Below, piece after piece: positions 14,294-19,178 of a DNA stretch of 19,178 bases (position 1 is its first letter; the number at the start of each line of letters is the position of its first letter). A model generated the notes under the pieces. That model made no database searches and was not told the origin of the DNA. It worked only from the letters and a program-made list of their open reading frames with translations. Both the position numbers and the translations under genes were made by a program. Source of the DNA: Candidatus Poseidoniales archaeon (GTDB taxonomy: Archaea; Thermoplasmatota; Poseidoniia; Poseidoniales; Poseidoniaceae); assembly GCA_012270265.1 (NCBI GenBank), contig JAAXIR010000262.1:1-19178 (forward strand). The letters are read 5' to 3'.

Positions 14294-17143
14294 TCATACA
14301 TGCCGAGACTTTCGGAGAACAAATTGGGCAATCAGAGAAATGACAATTGCGGCAACAAGAGACGACCATAGTGCAGCATTCGGCCATGAGCTGGCACGGT
14401 TCTTTTCTTCTTGAATCGGCTGTGAAACGTGGATTGTGATCTGTTCAGACATATAACTCGTCGATGCGGGGGCAGTCCACGAACTAGAATTCAAATCAGT
14501 TGCATCAATTACAACCGTCCAATTTCCAGCCGCACTCAACGGGAAGAAATCTTGACTCACGTTTACGGAGCACATATTCCAAGCATCATCGAGAACAAGC
14601 ATTGTGCACACGTACACGGTTCCTGTCTGTGAGCCGAGACGTTCGAGAACAATCGTTACGTTAACGGGATCCTCATCGAGAATCGAATAGAGGATGGACA
14701 TGGTTTCATTATCGTGCTGCTGCAACGATACCTCGTCCAAGAACACCCGAGGAGCTTCGTTTTGTTGTGCACAACCTTGTTGCGTTACTGGAACGTCCAG
14801 AGGCGTCATCAAACAATCATCGAAGTTGTCTTCGACACCGTCTTCATCGAGATCATCAATGCATCCATCCATGTCCAAATCCCAGCCGAGTGCACTGACG
14901 AAAGGACAGACATCGCCTTCGTACGGTACACCATCTCCATCCGCATCGGAGTGATTCAATGGGTCGAGTTCAACACCACGGACAGCAAGACCAAATCCAA
15001 GTCGATCGCCCTCTATACCCAATGTGCCGGGTAAATTTCCAGGCGTCACATAGCGCCCCGTTACGATGATATCAACATACTCAATCCCGTTGAGCGTTTC
15101 TTCATCGAGGTGAATGCCGACGGTGGTTTCGTTGGATGGAGGGAAGGCTGTGGTATTGAGGTGGTCAGCAAAATCATAGTACAGCATTGAGCGACCATCG
15201 CTTCGATAACTCTCTCCAACAGCAAAGCGACCGTCGGGTAAACGAACCATGAGTTGAACATCGTCGACGAGATGTGGCTCTGGCTTTGCTTGTGTGGACA
15301 ACCGTACATCAAGCGCTTCACCATTGAGGATGAAACGTTGCTGGAAGACATCATTTGTTGCAAGGAACGGCCCGACCGCACCCTCACCATCCCAACTGTT
15401 CTGCATGAGATATTCGATTGGTTGTGATGCTCCGATCCGCCCTTCGAATTGCTCGGAAGGGCTACCGTCCTCTAACCGATAAGAGTCATGAATCCAAACA
15501 TTTGAAACTGGTCGTTCGCCATCAGCGGAGGGTAATGCTAGACGCTCGAAATCGATAATTTCGCTTAGATTGAGTATGCCCCAGCCGTCGTATACATTTG
15601 GAGCACCGGACCCTCCGTCCCCCCCATTTCGATGTGCCTCAGCCAGTGGTGTTGCAGAGAGCGAAAGGAGAGCCTTCATCATTGGTGCAGATGGTGTGAA
15701 TCCATCACCGAGTAAGATGTTGTGTTGCGGGATATCAGTTCCAAACCAAGGCGCCCGTTCCGCCAATGAATGCCCAGTGAGAGTCTCGTTGTGTCCCGTT
15801 AGCCAACCTTCTTGGACCATTTGTTGAATCACACTTGCGTATGTTGCAGCCATTGGTGTGGACATGCTGGTTCCGCTCAATGTGTGCTGTCCTGTGTTGT
15901 ATGTTTCTGGAGAACCGTCCGAGCGAGCGGAGACAATCGATACGCCTGGTGCGAGAGCGAAGATGCCACGTGTTTCGGCATCGGTTGGCCCATGGACCGA
16001 TGACATCCACCGTTCCGTATCAAGATCCTTTGTAGCGGCCCCGATGGCAATGACGTTCCTCGCATTGGCTGGTTCAAGAACCAAGCCACCGTTGTTCCCA
16101 GGCGCAATCAATGGTAAGGTCCACGGGAACTCACGCGTGAAGGCATCAAAATCACCAGACCTAAGGGTATAATCCGTGGTATCATCGCCCCATGAATTGG
16201 AATGGAGATATCCGCCATACAAGGCTGATTCAGCAAGTAAGAGGTCGACGTCTGGAGGTTGCCAGCCTTGTTCGGAGACAATGTCTTGAACGACCAATTG
16301 AGATCCATAACCGAGGGACATGATTGAGGACGGAATGCTGTTTTCAATCGCTGTTGCGATAGGATGGCAACCAAGAATTCCTGCGGTGTGCGTGCCATGA
16401 CGGTAATCTGCGTGGCCTGAACTATCCCATCCATCAATGGTTGTGTTCACATGCAACAACTTCCGATGATCGATGCCGATTGACGCATTCGAGATATTGC
16501 GGAAACAGGAATGGTCGGAATCAATTCCCGTATCTGCAACCCCAATCACAACACCAGAACCGTTGAGTCCAAACGTCCATGCAGCAGGGTGCGTATCCGT
16601 AGCAGATCCAGAGAGAATCGCTCCTGAATTGAGATTTCGACCACCAGTAGGCAATACTGGCTCTAGCCAAAGGACACCGTCAATGTTGGCAAACCATTCC
16701 ATATTCAGATTGGAAGCCCATGTTATCTCGACGGATGGCAAATAGCCATCATTCACTGAGCCTACAAGGCTGTTTCCAATTAGCTGGATGTGCTCATGAA
16801 TATCTACGACAACGCTGGATGGAAGTCCTGGCTCAAGAACAACCCGAACCGTTTGCCCTTCGTGTGGAAGCGATTTCCATTCTGCCTTTTCAGAATTTAA
16901 TTCACTGGCAGTTGGATGTTGAGCCCCCTTTTCCAATTTCCAAACGAGTAGTTCAGATGGAGAAATCGAGCGTAACGGTGTGAGTCCAAATTGGTGCAAC
17001 ATATCCCAATCCGACTGTCCCCATACTTGACCTTCCGGAAGCAGAAGAAGAGCTTCTTCGCCAGAGTAGATCGCCTCATCATGCACATTTCCGATTGGGA
17101 GAGGCGCAACGAGGAGGAGCACTGCTAAGAGAAGACTTCGCAC
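14294..17143 (-). CDS. Secreted, membrane-anchored subtilisin-like serine protease (peptidase S8) with Asp-rich Ca-binding-type repeats
   Basis: The catalytic triad motifs appear in the order D-H-S: GVADTGIDSDH, HGTHTAGIL, LSGTSMSTPMAA. The oxyanion region is APGNNG. An Asp/Cys-rich block DADGDGVPYEGDVCP...DLDMDGCIDDLDEDGVEDNFDDC spans 14765-14950. The C-terminus has one hydrophobic helix followed by a basic tail (LWSSLVAAIVISLIAQFVLRKSRHV). The ORF opens at TTG 17200. I prefer GTG at 17141-17143 because it yields a canonical signal peptide (M)RSLLLAVLLLVAPLP. GTG 17164 is another option. Confidence 0.88.
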   Translation of the reverse strand: MRSLLLAVLLLVAPLPIGNVHDEAIYSGEEALLLLPEGQVWGQSDWDMLHQFGLTPLRSISPSELLVWKLEKGAQHPTASELNSEKAEWKSLPHEGQTVRVVLEPGLPSSVVVDIHEHIQLIGNSLVGSVNDGYLPSVEITWASNLNMEWFANIDGVLWLEPVLPTGGRNLNSGAILSGSATDTHPAAWTFGLNGSGVVIGVADTGIDSDHSCFRNISNASIGIDHRKLLHVNTTIDGWDSSGHADYRHGTHTAGILGCHPIATAIENSIPSSIMSLGYGSQLVVQDIVSEQGWQPPDVDLLLAESALYGGYLHSNSWGDDTTDYTLRSGDFDAFTREFPWTLPLIAPGNNGGLVLEPANARNVIAIGAATKDLDTERWMSSVHGPTDAETRGIFALAPGVSIVSARSDGSPETYNTGQHTLSGTSMSTPMAATYASVIQQMVQEGWLTGHNETLTGHSLAERAPWFGTDIPQHNILLGDGFTPSAPMMKALLSLSATPLAEAHRNGGDGGSGAPNVYDGWGILNLSEIIDFERLALPSADGERPVSNVWIHDSYRLEDGSPSEQFEGRIGASQPIEYLMQNSWDGEGAVGPFLATNDVFQQRFILNGEALDVRLSTQAKPEPHLVDDVQLMVRLPDGRFAVGESYRSDGRSMLYYDFADHLNTTAFPPSNETTVGIHLDEETLNGIEYVDIIVTGRYVTPGNLPGTLGIEGDRLGFGLAVRGVELDPLNHSDADGDGVPYEGDVCPFVSALGWDLDMDGCIDDLDEDGVEDNFDDCLMTPLDVPVTQQGCAQQNEAPRVFLDEVSLQQHDNETMSILYSILDEDPVNVTIVLERLGSQTGTVYVCTMLVLDDAWNMCSVNVSQDFFPLSAAGNWTVVIDATDLNSSSWTAPASTSYMSEQITIHVSQPIQEEKNRASSWPNAALWSSLVAAIVISLIAQFVLRKSRHV

Positions 17144-17208
17144 ATGCTTATGCTGCTCTTCCACGTTGATGAAACACGCGATGCCCTCGCCAACTCTCAA
17201 CCATCGCG

Positions 17209-17215
17209 TTTAAAT
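17209..17215 (+). promoter_or_regulatory. Archaeal TATA-box-like element for rplX
   Basis: The sequence reads cgcg-TTTAAAT-caagaaacgagtcgccttggattc-ATG. The box ends 24 nt before the rplX ATG and no SD motif is present. The spacing matches that at the rhodopsin gene. The TTTAAA core is palindromic and lies in the divergent spacer shared with the protease gene. Confidence 0.45.
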
Positions 17216-17239
17216 CAAGAAACGAGTCGCCTTGGATTC

Positions 17240-17512
17240 ATGAAGGCCTTCCGTGTTGATGGACAAGCCCCGTTCGGTCGTCTCCGACAGAAATTCTCGC
17301 TCGATGTTGTAGCATCCTCAAAAGCCGATGCTGAGCACCGTGTGTACTCGATTATCGGCTCCCGCCACAAGGCAACTCGCCGTGCAATCAACATCGATTC
17401 TGTAAGCGAAATCGATCCAAGAACATCTCTCGAACCAAGCGTTCTTCACCACTTCCGTGAGGAAATCGCAGCTGCTGGTGGCACCATTGCTCCAGTGGCT
17501 GAAGAAGAGTGA
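17240..17512 (+). CDS. rplX: Large-subunit ribosomal protein LX (L18Ae/eL20 family)
   Basis: From ATG 17240 the protein reads MKAFRVDGQAPFGRLRQKFSLDVVASSKADAEHRVYSIIGSRHKATRRAINIDSVSEI. This matches the archaeal LX pattern MKxFxVxG...F.KEV.A....A.E.VYS.xGS.HK..R..I.I..V.EI. The 32 codons upstream in the track ORF overlap the protease start and promoter region, so I reject them. Confidence 0.85.
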   Translation: MKAFRVDGQAPFGRLRQKFSLDVVASSKADAEHRVYSIIGSRHKATRRAINIDSVSEIDPRTSLEPSVLHHFREEIAAAGGTIAPVAEEE

Positions 17513-17568
17513 TTGCGCCATCGCCGCATTCATGAAGGTCGCACCATAGGCGTTGATGAGGCGGTCTT

Positions 17569-18117
17569 GTGGAACAATCTGAACTTCAACGAACAGCACG
17601 ACTCGTTGAAATGAATCGTGAACGGTTTCACGAAGTTCAAGAACGAATCGAACAGGTGATCAATGTTCTCGGAGAACATGATGTTACGGCGACGATTCTC
17701 GAAACACTGTCGAAAAAAGACCACGATTCAGAAATGAAGATGCACGTCTCCATTGGAGCCGGTGTAACGCTTACCTGCCAACACCCTGGTGGCGGAGAGG
17801 GAACCACCATTGTCGATCTTGGAAGCGGTATTTTTGGCGAACGAACTTGGTCGGATGCGGCATCACTTACTCGAGAACGAATGGAAGAATTGGGAACACT
17901 CCTCGAGAGCCTTCAATCGCAAAGCCAGCAACTTGAATCAACCATTGCTACATTGGCTCAAACCTTCACTGCAGCTGCAGAAGCACAGACTCAACCCGAA
18001 CCATCCACGGCTGTGAACGAAACTGAATCTACGCCAGAACCAGCAGAGGTACCAGTTTCGAAGCCAAAGCGACGCAGAGGCGGTATGTTTGGTAACGAAC
18101 TAACCTTGGATGATTAG
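17569..18117 (+). CDS. pfdA: Prefoldin alpha subunit (GimC alpha) with extended C-terminal tail
   Basis: 182 aa. The architecture is an N-terminal coiled coil, two beta-hairpin blocks (HVSIGAGVTLTC ... TTIVDLGSGIFGERT) and a C-terminal coiled coil (ERMEELGTLLESLQSQSQQLESTIATL), as expected for alpha-class prefoldin. The GTG start at 17569 has GAGG 7 nt upstream. ATG 17608 is an alternative. Its position between rplX and ftsY is the common archaeal arrangement. Confidence 0.85.
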   Translation: MEQSELQRTARLVEMNRERFHEVQERIEQVINVLGEHDVTATILETLSKKDHDSEMKMHVSIGAGVTLTCQHPGGGEGTTIVDLGSGIFGERTWSDAASLTRERMEELGTLLESLQSQSQQLESTIATLAQTFTAAAEAQTQPEPSTAVNETESTPEPAEVPVSKPKRRRGGMFGNELTLDD

Positions 18118-18125
18118 GTGAGAAC

Positions 18126-19178
18126 ATGGGCCTCTTCGATCGATTCAAGAAGCGCGTCAAAGAGGTCGCTGAAGAAGTCGATTCTGACGCTCTCACTGCA
18201 ATGGAAGATTCAGAAGAAGGCGTAGCAGCACTTGAATCATCCAAGCAAATCGAAGAAGATTGGGAGGATGATGTGCCTGAAATCGTAGAGGAAAGATTCG
18301 AAGAACCATCTGTTGAATCCTCGGATGACGACTGGGATGATTGGGACGATGAAGACGATGACATCGCCCTGCCTGTAACACTCACAAAGAAAGAGCGCAA
18401 GCGGCTTGAGAAGCTGGAAAAGCAACGAGCAAAGGAATTGAAGCGGCGAAAAGCGACAACCATTGCAAAACCGAAGGGTTCGAAAGTCGACCTTTCGATG
18501 ATGCGCACGACAACAGGCCGACAACTCGTGGAAGTGAAAGCCGCTCCTCGAGGCTCATCAAAGAGCGCAGATATTGAAACCGAAGCCGGTTCAGTTTCCA
18601 TCGAACTTGGTGGAGGAATTGTTGAACAAGGTGGTCGAGTCATCAAGGCTGGAAAAGTTCTCGATGATCTCCTCGAAGAACTTGAATGGATGCTTCTTGA
18701 GTCTGATATCTCGAGTGAAGCAGTTACATCTGTTCTCGCTGCATTGCGGAAAAGTCTCGTTGGGGCACGATTGCGACGAGGTGCAGAACTTGCCAAGGTT
18801 CTCGAAGCAGCACTCAAGCGTGCACTTCGCAATCTTCTTTCAGCAGGATATTGGGATTTCGATGCTTCCGTTCAATCGTACTTGGATCAGGGCGATGCGC
18901 CAGTTGTCGTCATGCTTGTAGGTGTTAACGGAACTGGGAAAACAACCACTGCTGCGAAAATTGCGAACAGACTGCAGTCGAACGGCCACTCCGTTATTGC
19001 AGCAGCAGGCGATACATTCCGAGCCGGAGCAATTCAACAACTCGAATCGCATTGTGAGAACTTGGGTATTCGGTGCATTTCGAGTCAACGTGGCGGCGAT
19101 GCAGCAGCCATTGCTCGCGATGCCATTGAGTCGGCAAAGGCGAAGAACATCGACGTTGTTCTGGTTGATACAGCTGGA
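18126..19178 (+). CDS. ftsY: Signal recognition particle receptor FtsY (3' end outside window)
   Basis: The frame is open from ATG 18126 to the window edge (351 codons, my translation). It is absent from the ORF track because it has no stop in the window. The N domain includes LLEELEWMLLESDI. The G domain has G1 GVNGTGKTTTAAKIA, AGDTFRAGAIQQL and G3 VLVDTAG at the window end. GGTGA lies 5 nt upstream of the ATG. The first ~170 residues are a highly charged extension. Confidence 0.95.
   Translation, partial: MGLFDRFKKRVKEVAEEVDSDALTAMEDSEEGVAALESSKQIEEDWEDDVPEIVEERFEEPSVESSDDDWDDWDDEDDDIALPVTLTKKERKRLEKLEKQRAKELKRRKATTIAKPKGSKVDLSMMRTTTGRQLVEVKAAPRGSSKSADIETEAGSVSIELGGGIVEQGGRVIKAGKVLDDLLEELEWMLLESDISSEAVTSVLAALRKSLVGARLRRGAELAKVLEAALKRALRNLLSAGYWDFDASVQSYLDQGDAPVVVMLVGVNGTGKTTTAAKIANRLQSNGHSVIAAAGDTFRAGAIQQLESHCENLGIRCISSQRGGDAAAIARDAIESAKAKNIDVVLVDTAG

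Noticed and set aside
17144-17239. N-terminal 32 codons of the track ORF for rplX
   Set aside because: LX homology begins exactly at MKAFRV (17240). The upstream codons overlap the protease start region and include the TATA-like box.
18029-18832. 267-aa minus-strand ORF rich in Ser/Arg (SSSSSQSSQSSSEDS...)
   Set aside because: It lies entirely antisense to the well-supported ftsY reading frame. Its low-complexity composition mirrors the acidic/basic FtsY extension (GAx/GAT codon runs). It has no motifs and no start context. It is a shadow ORF.
1-19178. tRNA, rRNA, CRISPR arrays, IS elements, integrases, long tandem or inverted repeats
   Set aside because: The non-coding gaps are all under 100 bp. 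None shows a cloverleaf-compatible arrangement, a repeat-spacer periodicity or terminal inverted repeats. No transposase-like or integrase-like ORF occurs in any frame.

Overview
Gene-dense chromosomal segment of 14 protein-coding genes, two of them cut by the window edges. I found no rRNA, tRNA, CRISPR or mobile elements. The host is almost certainly an archaeon. The window has geranylgeranylglyceryl-phosphate synthase (archaeal ether lipids), ribosomal protein LX/L18Ae, prefoldin alpha and an rplX-pfdA-ftsY arrangement. TATA-like boxes sit about 23-24 nt upstream of two start codons, and GGTGA Shine-Dalgarno motifs match the archaeal 16S 3' end. Bacterial-type genes are also present: uvrA, an RluA-type pseudouridine synthase, a proteorhodopsin-family rhodopsin, a large secreted S8 protease and roughly balanced GC. 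Together these fit a marine planktonic euryarchaeon such as Marine Group II (Ca. Poseidoniales). That lineage call is inference only.

Gene order:
- rluA-like fragment, uvrA, PurS-PurS-PurL fusion, purQ, DUF1624-like membrane protein (all +)
- rhodopsin, ABC exporter (-)
- GGGP synthase (+)
- coiled-coil protein, MamK-type actin homologue, membrane-anchored subtilase (-)
- rplX, pfdA, ftsY (+)

The most interesting locus is the minus-strand pair at 11829-14206. It encodes an actin-fold ATPase whose motifs resemble the magnetosome actin MamK. Directly downstream is a 426-aa protein made of a long coiled-coil rod and an acidic disordered tail. No mam, plasmid or phage genes are nearby. This may be an uncharacterised archaeal filament system.

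Secondary points:
- The rhodopsin has Lys at the proton-donor position (DTK motif).
- The FGAM synthase architecture is intermediate between the split and fused forms.
- Leaderless-type promoter geometry at two genes.
- Several structural oddities in intergenic DNA.

All family assignments rest on motif recognition by eye and on remembered sequences. No database search was run.
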